A stretch of DNA of 36,391 nucleotides. Origin: a virus. Lineage: Duplodnaviria; Caudoviricetes. The position numbers and the translations under genes are program-made. The notes under the pieces were generated by a model. The model worked only from the letters and a program-made list of their open reading frames with translations, had not been told where the DNA came from and did no database searches. Positions within the stretch are counted from its first letter, which is position 1. Each line of letters opens with the position of its first letter. Positions 18,703 through 27,562 of the stretch are shown piece after piece. The DNA is taken from IMG/VR virus record IMGVR_UViG_3300037484_000989, positions 1-36,391 of that record. One strand, written 5' to 3'.

Positions 18703-20619
18703 ATGACACTTACTAGTTTTGCAGTAGACACATGTTTAACAGGCGGAAGAGGAAGCGTAAATGCCATCAGTCCTGGGTCTGATGGCAATTTATGGTCACA
18801 AGTGGTTGGTAACCAGACTCCCTCTTTTGCTTCAAATCATATCATAATGACCTATCTGGACAGTAGCGCTCGTTTTGTCTATACCTATGCAAGCATGTCG
18901 GAAAGTGACACAGAAGCACTTGTTAAGGTTGTACAAGGTGGGAATACTAATGCCGTTGTGGGCGTTGCATTGAGGTGTTCAGATGCAAACCACTATTATT
19001 TTGCAAATATTCATTCAAATGTAGTAGAGATCGGTAAAAGCATAAGTGGCTCTGATACCATTTTAGGGTCTGCTGCATTTTCTACATCAATTGATACTGA
19101 GTATTACATGCGTTTTCAAGCTATTGGTTCTACCTTAAAGGTAAAAGTGTGGGATGCACTAACAACAGAGCCAACGCCATGGAACGTACTTGCTTCAGAT
19201 AATACTCTTTCCTCTGGCCTGTTTGGAATTTATGGTGCCCCTGTTGGTGGTGATCTTGTAAAATTTAGTCTTTTTAGTGCAACAAATGGAGAAGTTGTCT
19301 CAAACGTTCCTGAGCCAACAACGCTCGTTGGAACAAACATCATCGGACTTGCCGCAAGCGCTGATGAAGCGCTATTGGTACCTTCAATAGATATCAGCGC
19401 ATACGAGATGTGGACGCTTGAAGTAGACACAATAGCCACTGGAGGCGTTCTTACATTTCAAGGTTCCAATGATGGCATCAATTTTCAGTCAGTATCGGCT
19501 TATGATGCGGATGGAGGCGTGGCTGGCACAACAACTAATGCTACGGGTATATTCTATGGATATCGGGTATACCGATATCTGCAAGTAAGACAAACATCGT
19601 GGACATCTGGGTCCACAACGGGAACGCTGCTTCTCTATGCAAAATCTGTGTCCTCCTTGCAAGGGGTAAGTGCGGTGTCACAAAGCGGATCATGGACAGT
19701 TGTTGCAAATGCGGGAACTAACTTGAATACATCGCTAATTGCACTGGAGAGCGGTGGAAACCTTGCATCTGCAAAAACAGATCTTGATGCAATATCTGCA
19801 ACAACAGGCGCAACAACTGATGCAGCTATAACAACTGATGCCAACGGCAGCATTTCGGGCAAACTAAGGGGACTTGTCAAAATCCTCAATGATATCTGGG
19901 ATAGTGGGAACCATCGAATAGAAGTCGATGGGAGCGGGATAACACAACCCATATCGGCCTCTACCTTGCCACTACCTACGGGAGCGTCGACATCAGCTAA
20001 GCAACCCGCGTTGGGAACAGCTGGTACAGCTTCTAGTGATGTGATTTCCGTGCAAGGATTAGCTGGTATGACCGCTCTGAAGACTGACGGGAGCGCGACG
20101 ACCCAGCCTGTATCAGCGGCTTCATTGCCTTTGCCAACGGGAGCGTCAACATCTGCCAAACAGCCTGCTCTAGGAACAGCTGGGACAGCTTCTAGTGATG
20201 TTCTCTCTGTGCAAGGATTAGCTAGCATGACACCCCTACTGGCCAATCCTTCGACTCCCTATCCATCCGCCGCCACACCTATCACGGCGGCATCTGGCAA
20301 TGTCGCAAATAGCAGCGGAGTGGCAACACTGGTGGGAGCTGCCAGTAAAACAACCTACATTACTGGTTTTGAAATTACGGGAAGCGGGGCGACAGTAGGA
20401 CTGCCTGTGGTTGCAACCGTTGCAGGAGTAATAACCGGAACACTTTCCTACATTTATACAGCCGTTACAGGTGTCTTGGCCCCAAATACACCCTGTGTTG
20501 TTGCATTCAATCCACCGATACCATCAAGTACAACAAATACCGATATTGTGGTAACGTGCCCCGCTCTTGGAGCCGGAAACACAAATAATGCTGTAGTTGC
20601 ACATGGGTATCTATTATGA
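18703..20619 (+). CDS. Tail fibre/adhesin-like structural protein
   Basis: N-terminal lectin-like domain (RFQAIGSTLKVKVW...EP..W), Ser/Thr-rich shaft with 53-aa duplication. Confidence 0.7.
   Translation: MTLTSFAVDTCLTGGRGSVNAISPGSDGNLWSQVVGNQTPSFASNHIIMTYLDSSARFVYTYASMSESDTEALVKVVQGGNTNAVVGVALRCSDANHYYFANIHSNVVEIGKSISGSDTILGSAAFSTSIDTEYYMRFQAIGSTLKVKVWDALTTEPTPWNVLASDNTLSSGLFGIYGAPVGGDLVKFSLFSATNGEVVSNVPEPTTLVGTNIIGLAASADEALLVPSIDISAYEMWTLEVDTIATGGVLTFQGSNDGINFQSVSAYDADGGVAGTTTNATGIFYGYRVYRYLQVRQTSWTSGSTTGTLLLYAKSVSSLQGVSAVSQSGSWTVVANAGTNLNTSLIALESGGNLASAKTDLDAISATTGATTDAAITTDANGSISGKLRGLVKILNDIWDSGNHRIEVDGSGITQPISASTLPLPTGASTSAKQPALGTAGTASSDVISVQGLAGMTALKTDGSATTQPVSAASLPLPTGASTSAKQPALGTAGTASSDVLSVQGLASMTPLLANPSTPYPSAATPITAASGNVANSSGVATLVGAASKTTYITGFEITGSGATVGLPVVATVAGVITGTLSYIYTAVTGVLAPNTPCVVAFNPPIPSSTTNTDIVVTCPALGAGNTNNAVVAHGYLL
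19653..19666. repeat. 14-bp palindrome copy 5 (CTCCTTGCAAGGGG, 1 mismatch)
   Basis: Read directly; encodes SLQG. Confidence 0.9.
19945..20232 (+). repeat. 159-bp (53-aa) internal duplication
   Basis: LPLPTGASTSAKQPALGTAGTASSDV.SVQGLA.MT occurs twice. Confidence 0.9.
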
Positions 20620-23522
20620 CCTGGTTTAATACCAGTTATCTCTATAAGAAGAGCATAACGATCGATCACGTAAAAGTTGTTAATGCTGATCAGACAAATT
20701 TCCCAGTGCTGATCAGCTTGACTGATGCTGATCTCAAAACAATTGGTAATGGAGGGAAGGTCCAGAACAGCTCTGGCTTTGATATTATTTTCACGAATAG
20801 TGCGGAGGCAACAAAGCTTGATCATGAAATAGAGAAATACGTCTCAACTACCGGTGAAATTGCGATGTGGGTATGCGTACCCACTCTTGCAACGGCTACC
20901 GATACCGTCATTTATATGTATTTTGATAATACTGCTATATCATCGTCTCAAGAGAATATAACGGCTGTTTGGAATAGCAATTATGCTGCTGTATATCACA
21001 TGAAAGAAGCAGCAGGAACAAGCAATAGCATAAAGGATTCGACATCAAACGCTAATAGTGGCACTCCTTATACAACATTTAATTCAGCAATTGGAGATAT
21101 ATCAACTAGTTCTGGTAAAATTGATGGTGCGCAATCATTTAATGGATCATCACGCGCTGTTGAGGTAAATAACAGCGCTTCGCTTACCATTTCCGGTCAA
21201 AACACACTGACTATTAGTGCATGGATAAAACGAACATCAACAGGTTCAGTAGGTTCTATTGTTGTGAAGGGACAAGGCGGCGTTGGTGGGTATATGTTAG
21301 GGGTAGGAGAGTCCCCTGCCACTATTAATCAATTTAAAATGACAAAATATGGCGTTGCTGATATCGCGACAGGAACACTACCGGCAGATACAAATTGGCA
21401 TTATGTGGCAGAAGTAGCAGATAGTACCAACACGCGCGTATATGTTGATGGATCGCAATCAGGTACGGACGGAAATACATCAAATTTCCAATCATCTACT
21501 GCAAAACTGCATATTGGCAACGATGATGCTGCGTACTGGGATGGATTGATTGATGAGATCAGGATATCGAATATTGCACGTTCTGCTAATTGGATTGCAA
21601 CCGAATACAATAATCAGAATAGTCCATCGACATTTTATGCAGTTGGTTCAATTCAATCTCAATCAATCACACGTACTATAACATCTACCGCTGCATTATC
21701 AGCATCAAGCACGAATACACGTACAGTTACTAGTACAGCCACATTGCTGAGGACAAGTACGCGTATTGTTACATCTACAGCGTCATTGTTGCAAACGAAT
21801 ATACGTACTATTGCATCCACAGCTGTACTAGCAGATACAAAGACGCGTACTATCACATCCGATGCATCACTATTGACAACAAATACACGCATTATTACAT
21901 CTACTGCTGCATTGTTGATAATAAATACACGTACTATTGCATCTACAGCTACACTGTTGGCAACAAATACACGTACTATAATCTCAACAGTATCATTCAG
22001 CAAGACGCGTACTATCACATCCGATGCATCCTTATCGATAACTAATGCCCGTACTATCACATCTGATGCTGCATTATTAATAACAAAGACGCGTACTATT
22101 GCATCTACAGCTACACTGCTTGTAACTGCAAATAGAAGTATTATAACAAGTACTGCCTTGTTAACAGCTAGTACACGCACCATAACATCTAATGTTGCAT
22201 TATTAACTGTTAGCACGCGGGCTATTACAAGTACAGCTGCACTAGTGATAAACAGGCGTACTATCACATCTACCGCTTCTTTATCGAATATCAGCACTAG
22301 TGCACGCACTATCACTAGTGACGTATCGCTGGTGATAAACAGGCGTACTATCACATCTACCGCTTCTTTATCAGGCATTAGCACAAATACGCGCACTATC
22401 TCATCAACTGCTCCGTTATTGACAACAAATACACGTACTATCGCTTCAACTTCTGCATTACTAGTTGTTATTGTTAGGCCTATTGCGTCTGATACAGCAT
22501 TGTTGTCTATCAATACGCGTGTTATTACATCTACTACTGCCTTATCAATAACAAATACGCGTACAGTTACATCTGATGTTGCCTTACTTGTTACTGGCGC
22601 ACGTACTATAATCTCAACAGTATCATTTAGCAATGCCCGTACTATTGCTAATACTGCTGCTTTGTTGCAGACAAATGCCCGTACTATTGCTAATACTGCT
22701 TCATTGCTTGTAACTACAAATAAAAGTATTATAACAAGTGCTGCCTTCTTAACAGCTAATACACGTACTATAACTACTAATGCTGCATTATTAACTGTTA
22801 GTGCACGAGCTATCACAAGTAATGCTGCATTATTAACTGTTAGTGCACGAGCTATCACAAGTAATGCATCACTGGCTATAAACAGGCGTATTATTACATC
22901 AACAGTGGCGCTATCTGGTACAGCTGCGAATACACGTACTATCACAAGTACAGCATCATTGTTGCAGGAAAACACCAGGACCGTTATCAGCACTGCTGCA
23001 TTATTAACAACTAATACACGCACTATTACTAGTACGGTGTCTCTGGTAAATGTTAGGACTGTTATCAGTACTGCTGCATTATTGACAACTAATACACGCA
23101 TTATCACTAATACAGCAGCTCTACTTACGGTAAATGCGCGTAGTATCACATCTACAGTTGTCCTACTTGCTATCAATGCGCGTGTCATTGCCAGTGAAAT
23201 GGCATTGATAGCAAGCTTGAATAGAAGTATTTCAGCAAGTGCTGCACTATTAGCAATAAATACGCGTACTATCACTTCAACATCCTCATTGTTGCAGACG
23301 AATACGCGTATTATTACATCTACAGTATCGCTGGCAGATGTGAAGTCACGAGCAATTATCAGTGATGCTGCGCTATTGTCTACTAATACACGTACTGTTA
23401 CTAGTACGGCATCACTATCGGGATCATCGCCACCGCCAGCGCAAAATTGTACGCTTTATACGAGAAGTGGCTATATTGCGCTTTACGTAAGAAGTGGCGA
23501 AATCACGCTTTATACAAGATAA
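20616..23522 (+). CDS. DUF2341 + LamG-like protein with about 42 tandem 14-aa repeats
   Basis: N-terminal YKKSITID...NFPVLI...DIIFT...LDHEIE...WV..P (DUF2341-like); LTISAWIK...WHYVA...GLIDEIRISNIARS (LamG); then xRTITSTAALLxxN repeats. Confidence 0.85.
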   Translation: MTWFNTSYLYKKSITIDHVKVVNADQTNFPVLISLTDADLKTIGNGGKVQNSSGFDIIFTNSAEATKLDHEIEKYVSTTGEIAMWVCVPTLATATDTVIYMYFDNTAISSSQENITAVWNSNYAAVYHMKEAAGTSNSIKDSTSNANSGTPYTTFNSAIGDISTSSGKIDGAQSFNGSSRAVEVNNSASLTISGQNTLTISAWIKRTSTGSVGSIVVKGQGGVGGYMLGVGESPATINQFKMTKYGVADIATGTLPADTNWHYVAEVADSTNTRVYVDGSQSGTDGNTSNFQSSTAKLHIGNDDAAYWDGLIDEIRISNIARSANWIATEYNNQNSPSTFYAVGSIQSQSITRTITSTAALSASSTNTRTVTSTATLLRTSTRIVTSTASLLQTNIRTIASTAVLADTKTRTITSDASLLTTNTRIITSTAALLIINTRTIASTATLLATNTRTIISTVSFSKTRTITSDASLSITNARTITSDAALLITKTRTIASTATLLVTANRSIITSTALLTASTRTITSNVALLTVSTRAITSTAALVINRRTITSTASLSNISTSARTITSDVSLVINRRTITSTASLSGISTNTRTISSTAPLLTTNTRTIASTSALLVVIVRPIASDTALLSINTRVITSTTALSITNTRTVTSDVALLVTGARTIISTVSFSNARTIANTAALLQTNARTIANTASLLVTTNKSIITSAAFLTANTRTITTNAALLTVSARAITSNAALLTVSARAITSNASLAINRRIITSTVALSGTAANTRTITSTASLLQENTRTVISTAALLTTNTRTITSTVSLVNVRTVISTAALLTTNTRIITNTAALLTVNARSITSTVVLLAINARVIASEMALIASLNRSISASAALLAINTRTITSTSSLLQTNTRIITSTVSLADVKSRAIISDAALLSTNTRTVTSTASLSGSSPPPAQNCTLYTRSGYIALYVRSGEITLYTR
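21669..23423 (+). repeat. Array of about 42 degenerate repeats (modal 42 bp / 14 aa)
   Basis: Consensus TRTITSTAALLxxN, unit length 12-16 aa, counted by eye. Confidence 0.92.
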
Positions 23523-23533
23523 GGAGTATCAAA

Positions 23534-24055
23534 ATGGCAGCAGCGGTATGTCAGGGGCAAATAGGAACAGGAGCAACAGTTTCATGGGCAAACGTCGAAG
23601 CGGGATGCAAATATAATCTGGCCGATTCCGCCACGAGCACAACATCCATTGCAGTGCCAACTGCTACAGGGACCGTGTTCAGTTGGATAAAAAATCTCGT
23701 TCTAGCGGTCACGACCACAGGAACGACAACCATTAATAATCGAAAAATCTCAATGGGCAGTTCACCGGCAACTGGTTTGCAGCTCTTCTGGAAGCAACTT
23801 GCCGTTGCATCCTATGCACAATCAGCATCAGGTAATCGGCCAGCTTCAAGCGGATCCAATGGTGCAACGCCATCTGGCTACACGCTTATGACGACTACAG
23901 CAGCATTGTATGATAATACGAGCGTTGCAACATCTGGCAGTGGTCCAAATGGGGATATGGCAGTTTGCGTGCTGGGAGTGGACTTTTCGTATGCTGGCGG
24001 TCCTGGAAGCGCAATAGCACTGCCTAATGTGGTATTAACTTACGACGAATTTTAG
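23534..24055 (+). CDS. Small beta-rich structural protein (candidate fibre subunit)
   Basis: RBS AAGGAG before ATG 23534; Thr/Ser/Ala/Gly-rich; ends in strand-like VVLTYDEF. Confidence 0.7.
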   Translation: MAAAVCQGQIGTGATVSWANVEAGCKYNLADSATSTTSIAVPTATGTVFSWIKNLVLAVTTTGTTTINNRKISMGSSPATGLQLFWKQLAVASYAQSASGNRPASSGSNGATPSGYTLMTTTAALYDNTSVATSGSGPNGDMAVCVLGVDFSYAGGPGSAIALPNVVLTYDEF

Positions 24056-24092
24056 TGATTTGACAATAAGTTATTAAATAAAGGAGTAAAAC

Positions 24093-24431
24093 ATGACAGC
24101 AGATGCATACAAATGGTGTGCCACTTATCGCGATGGCACCCAGATCCCAGAGTACGATGCATCGCGGCCTGATGGTCGTGGCTTTGCGGAGGTGAACGCC
24201 TCTCAAGTCTCGACTCTTGAGTTGTCCAGTGCCCACAAAGTAGCTGTCCCCCATGATGCCACGCCTGTCTTTTTCAGGCGTCGGCGTATGGAGCTGAACC
24301 CAGGTGATGACAGTGTGGTGAGTAACGCTACGACGCACTGTATAGGTTGGAGGCAAGAAGAGAGCGCCTGTTACCTCTTTGTTCATGAGGACGGCTCTAC
24401 GCTTCTCACAAGCGATCTCCAAGCAGTCTAG
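24093..24431 (+). CDS. Hypothetical protein (possible assembly chaperone)
   Basis: RBS AAGGAG; charged, cytoplasmic-type composition inside a structural module. Confidence 0.7.
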   Translation: MTADAYKWCATYRDGTQIPEYDASRPDGRGFAEVNASQVSTLELSSAHKVAVPHDATPVFFRRRRMELNPGDDSVVSNATTHCIGWRQEESACYLFVHEDGSTLLTSDLQAV

Positions 24432-24440
24432 GAGGGTTTC

Positions 24441-24800
24441 ATGTCGCTAGTAGTACCCATTGATGATTTTACACCTATCTTCGTTGGGGATATTGCAAAT
24501 CCTTTTTCTATCCAAATTTTGCATGAGAATGGGTTCATGAGCATACTGGGTGCTACTATCACCATGAAGATGCAAAATGTTGATAGTCCTGCAACAATTA
24601 AGACGTGCAGTGGAAGCTGGACAATAGATGCATCAGATAATGGTAAGGCATCATATGTGTATCAAGCTGCTGATGTTGACACTATAGGTAACTGGTATAT
24701 GTGGGTTAAGATAGTGATAAATTCTAAAGTTGTGCATCCAGACGATGGCACCGGTGTTCCCAAGATTTTAGTGATAAAGCCTCTACCAACGGGAGTATAA
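24441..24800 (+). CDS. BppU-like (baseplate upper N-domain) protein
   Basis: VGD...F.IQI......I.GATITMKM...GKASYVY...DVDT.G.W...V.I pattern. Confidence 0.65.
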   Translation: MSLVVPIDDFTPIFVGDIANPFSIQILHENGFMSILGATITMKMQNVDSPATIKTCSGSWTIDASDNGKASYVYQAADVDTIGNWYMWVKIVINSKVVHPDDGTGVPKILVIKPLPTGV

Positions 24801-24801
24801 C

Positions 24802-24815
24802 CACCTTGCAAGGGG
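24802..24815. repeat. 14-bp palindrome copy 6 (CACCTTGCAAGGGG, 1 mismatch) overlapping endolysin RBS
   Basis: Intergenic; ends 5 nt before GTG 24821. Confidence 0.88.
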
Positions 24816-24820
24816 ATATT

Positions 24821-25825
24821 GTGAACATCATCAAGATACTTAACAATAATTGTTTTCCTGGTAGAAATGGCAATAAGCCTAAATGGCTCATTCTGCATGG
24901 TACAGCAGGAGGATCGTCGGCGCAAGCTATTGCTCAATATTTCCAGAATGCAGGTGTTAGTTCTCATTATGTGATTGGTACGGATGGGCAAATAGTGCAA
25001 TGCAATCTAGAAGGTGATGGGGCATGGGCTAATGGCGTGGTGACACCTGGTCACGATCCTTGGTGGTCGGAAACGAACACGCCCAATCCCAACAATGTCA
25101 CGATCTCAATTGAGCACTGCAAGCCTGACACGACCAACGCTATTGCGCTTACTCCTGCTCAACAAGCGTCAAGCTTCTGGCTCATCAATGACATTTGCCA
25201 ACGCAATAACATCCCCATGCGTATTGCAGATGCATCAGGAGGTATCACAGGGCATTATAGTCTAGATCCCGTCAACAGGGCCAGATGCCCAGGGGCCTAT
25301 CCCTGGCCAGAATTATGGCCATATCTAGCAGGAAATCAACCAGAGGAGAAACCCATCATGATTGATCTAAACAACCCAACCGTGGCATCGCATTTTGCAG
25401 CAGATGGTGATGCATGGAAATGCAAAGACAACGGAAATACGATACACGGTGAAATACTTGATAAGTACAAGAAATATGGGAATGCTGCTTTTTGCGGGTT
25501 AAGCTTCCTAGGGCTCCCAATATCAAACGAGATACCGATCACAGGTCGTACAGGTGTTGTTTTTCAACGATTTGAAAGAGGCGTGCTCTGCTTTGATCCC
25601 GTGCCCCACACGATAGATACCCCGCCTGGTCTAGAGCATTCCCGCGTCTATCCATTGCACATCGACTCTGGAATAGGCCAAGATCCTCGTGTGACCTCCT
25701 TGCAGGGTGAGAATGCAGCGCTCAAGGCTTTGCTTGCATCGTCCAATCTGGGACAAATCAACATCATTAGCAAGCGTATCCAGGCTGATGCACAATTGAT
25801 TGTAGATGCTACCCAAGTCCAGTAG
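24821..25825 (+). CDS. Endolysin, N-acetylmuramoyl-L-alanine amidase (Amidase_2) with C-terminal wall-binding domain
   Basis: LILHGTAG, SSHYVIG, ISIEH, GHYSLD...CPG Zn-amidase motifs. Start GTG 24821 or TTG 24806. Confidence 0.92.
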   Translation: MNIIKILNNNCFPGRNGNKPKWLILHGTAGGSSAQAIAQYFQNAGVSSHYVIGTDGQIVQCNLEGDGAWANGVVTPGHDPWWSETNTPNPNNVTISIEHCKPDTTNAIALTPAQQASSFWLINDICQRNNIPMRIADASGGITGHYSLDPVNRARCPGAYPWPELWPYLAGNQPEEKPIMIDLNNPTVASHFAADGDAWKCKDNGNTIHGEILDKYKKYGNAAFCGLSFLGLPISNEIPITGRTGVVFQRFERGVLCFDPVPHTIDTPPGLEHSRVYPLHIDSGIGQDPRVTSLQGENAALKALLASSNLGQINIISKRIQADAQLIVDATQVQ

Positions 25826-25833
25826 GAGGTGCC

Positions 25834-26151
25834 ATGACAACAGCTCAGTGGATTAGCATGATCTTTTTTGCAACGTGGCCTCTTACGTGGCATCTCATGG
25901 CTCCCGTTGCTCAATATATTATTCAGCGTTTCCCTACAGGTCAGTTTGCAGCGTTAAAGGATTTTGCTGAAATAGCAGTAAAACAAGTAGAGCAGCAGCA
26001 TAAGAATTTATCAGGAGAAGCCAAGAAGCAAATCGCAGTAAGCATGGTGATCAGGCTGTTCAAGGCTTTTAAAAGACCTCTTCCTCCTGAAGATATTGTG
26101 AGTGCTGCAATTGAAGCTATTGTGATAATACTCCCGAAATCAGGCAAATAA
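25834..26151 (+). CDS. Holin, LL-H family-like
   Basis: N-terminal TM, then AEIAVKQVEQ...GEAKKQIA...AAIEAIV. Confidence 0.8.
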   Translation: MTTAQWISMIFFATWPLTWHLMAPVAQYIIQRFPTGQFAALKDFAEIAVKQVEQQHKNLSGEAKKQIAVSMVIRLFKAFKRPLPPEDIVSAAIEAIVIILPKSGK

Positions 26152-26153
26152 TT

Positions 26154-26504
26154 ATGGATGTTCCAGGCTTATCAGGCTGGCCAAGCATTGCGGTTACTAT
26201 CATTGCGGTCATCATAAGCGCTTATTACACAATAAAGAGGACAAAAAGCAATTTTGATGACGCAACGGAGAAAGCTCAGAAGAATGCAATTGAGGCCATG
26301 CAGCTAGAGTCTCAATCGCTTAGGAGAAGAATAGGCGATATTGAGAAGGAGAACACAAAATTAGAGCACACAATAGAAACAATATGCTTAGCATTAAAGA
26401 CGCGCGGAATACTTATATCCATTCAAGGTGAGATGATAAGCGTCGAGAATACAAGAGATGGCAAGACAACAATAACCCGTATGCATGAGAAGGAGTCAAT
26501 ATGA
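26154..26504 (+). CDS. Membrane-anchored coiled-coil protein (lysis accessory)
   Basis: One N-terminal TM followed by a coiled coil; lies in the lysis cassette. Confidence 0.7.
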   Translation: MDVPGLSGWPSIAVTIIAVIISAYYTIKRTKSNFDDATEKAQKNAIEAMQLESQSLRRRIGDIEKENTKLEHTIETICLALKTRGILISIQGEMISVENTRDGKTTITRMHEKESI

Positions 26505-26842
26505 GTCTACAACAGGAACAACAGGATGTTATCGATGCAGAAGCGGCTCTTATTGCGCTTGGAGCGTTGTCAGCAAATAACTTTAATCAAGCTCATCAAC
26601 TACTCAAGAAGCGGAAAAATGCTCAGGACAACATTAATACGATCCAGTCAAATCAGTTTCATCTTGATGCCTTTAATCTCATTGATCAAATTCAAAACAG
26701 AGCGACTCAAACGGTGGTGATATCGCAGTTCTTGCGCACGTTTGCCGAATACATTGCAACACAGACGCAAGCACTACAAGGGACACATCCAACAATTAAG
26801 GATATTGTAGATAATATAGTGCCAATGGGAGGAGAGAACTAA
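26501..26842 (+). CDS. Hypothetical helical protein
   Basis: ATGA overlap, RBS AAGGAG. Confidence 0.7.
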   Translation: MSLQQEQQDVIDAEAALIALGALSANNFNQAHQLLKKRKNAQDNINTIQSNQFHLDAFNLIDQIQNRATQTVVISQFLRTFAEYIATQTQALQGTHPTIKDIVDNIVPMGGEN

Positions 26843-26885
26843 TTTTGCCTTAATAGCTGTGAGATAGCATTCTTTGAGGTGGCAC

Positions 26886-27143
26886 ATGAGTCAGTTCAAG
26901 AAGCCGTTTAAATTGCCATATGACGATGACTTTGGATCTTTAGATGCATTTCATAATATTGATACTGCAAAAGTAAAAGCTATCTGGCCTGTTAATAAGC
27001 CAAAGGAGAGAAAAAAGATAACGATCGTTAACTTTGCAATTATAATGTTTATATCGATGATAGGCTTGATGTGCATCTACACGTTCTTTATTATTCTTAT
27101 TGCGCTTTTAAAGATATTCATACTAATAGTGATTGGCGGGTAG
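26886..27143 (+). CDS. Hypothetical membrane protein
   Basis: RBS GAGGT before ATG 26886; long hydrophobic C-terminus. Confidence 0.6.
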   Translation: MSQFKKPFKLPYDDDFGSLDAFHNIDTAKVKAIWPVNKPKERKKITIVNFAIIMFISMIGLMCIYTFFIILIALLKIFILIVIGG

Positions 27144-27349
27144 ACAGAGTGCGCATGTCCGTACAAGTGATGCTGTTAGCTGAGTATTCATAATTGTTAG
27201 CTAGGTATCCTGAGACGTGACAGGACATCATACTCATCGTAAATAGAGGCAATTAGCGCATGGATAGCGTAAAGATGTGAACATATTTTCTAATTATTGC
27301 GACTAAGATTAATTAGTTGCAATTAGGAGCTTGAAAGAGAGGATTTAAT

Positions 27350-27415
27350 GTGGCCAGTATATGGACGGCTATCAGTGGGATTGCACTGACGATATTTGCA
27401 ATGATATTCGCATAG
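27350..27415 (+). CDS. Possible 21-aa hydrophobic peptide
   Basis: GAGGA-6 nt-GTG; MASIWTAISGIALTIFAMIFA*. Confidence 0.25.
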   Translation: MASIWTAISGIALTIFAMIFA

Positions 27416-27562
27416 CCCAAATGGCATTAGGACATAAGAGAATAAAACAACTGTAAAATATGACTTACGCGAAATTGAGGTAGGGACAACGGGCAATCTG
27501 TTCTGATCTGCCCTTTCATGCTAAAATATGTATCGACATCCATAAGAGAAAGGTAAAAAACA

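Noticed and set aside
19635-20246. 203-aa minus-strand ORF with repeats
   Set aside because: Antisense shadow of the 53-aa duplication in the fibre gene.
21659-23275. 538-aa repetitive minus-strand ORF
   Set aside because: Antisense shadow of the Thr/Ala/Ile repeat array, with no RBS and opposite to the late operon.
19945-23423. Diversity-generating retroelement TR/VR pair
   Set aside because: No reverse transcriptase in the window, and repeat differences are synonymous rather than adenine-specific.
21669-23423. Roughly 42-bp periodic DNA as a CRISPR array
   Set aside because: Repeats are degenerate at synonymous positions, stay in frame and have no unique spacers.
23447-23533. Upstream TTG start for ORF 23447..24055
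   Set aside because: It overlaps the previous gene, whereas ATG 23534 has a strong AAGGAG RBS.
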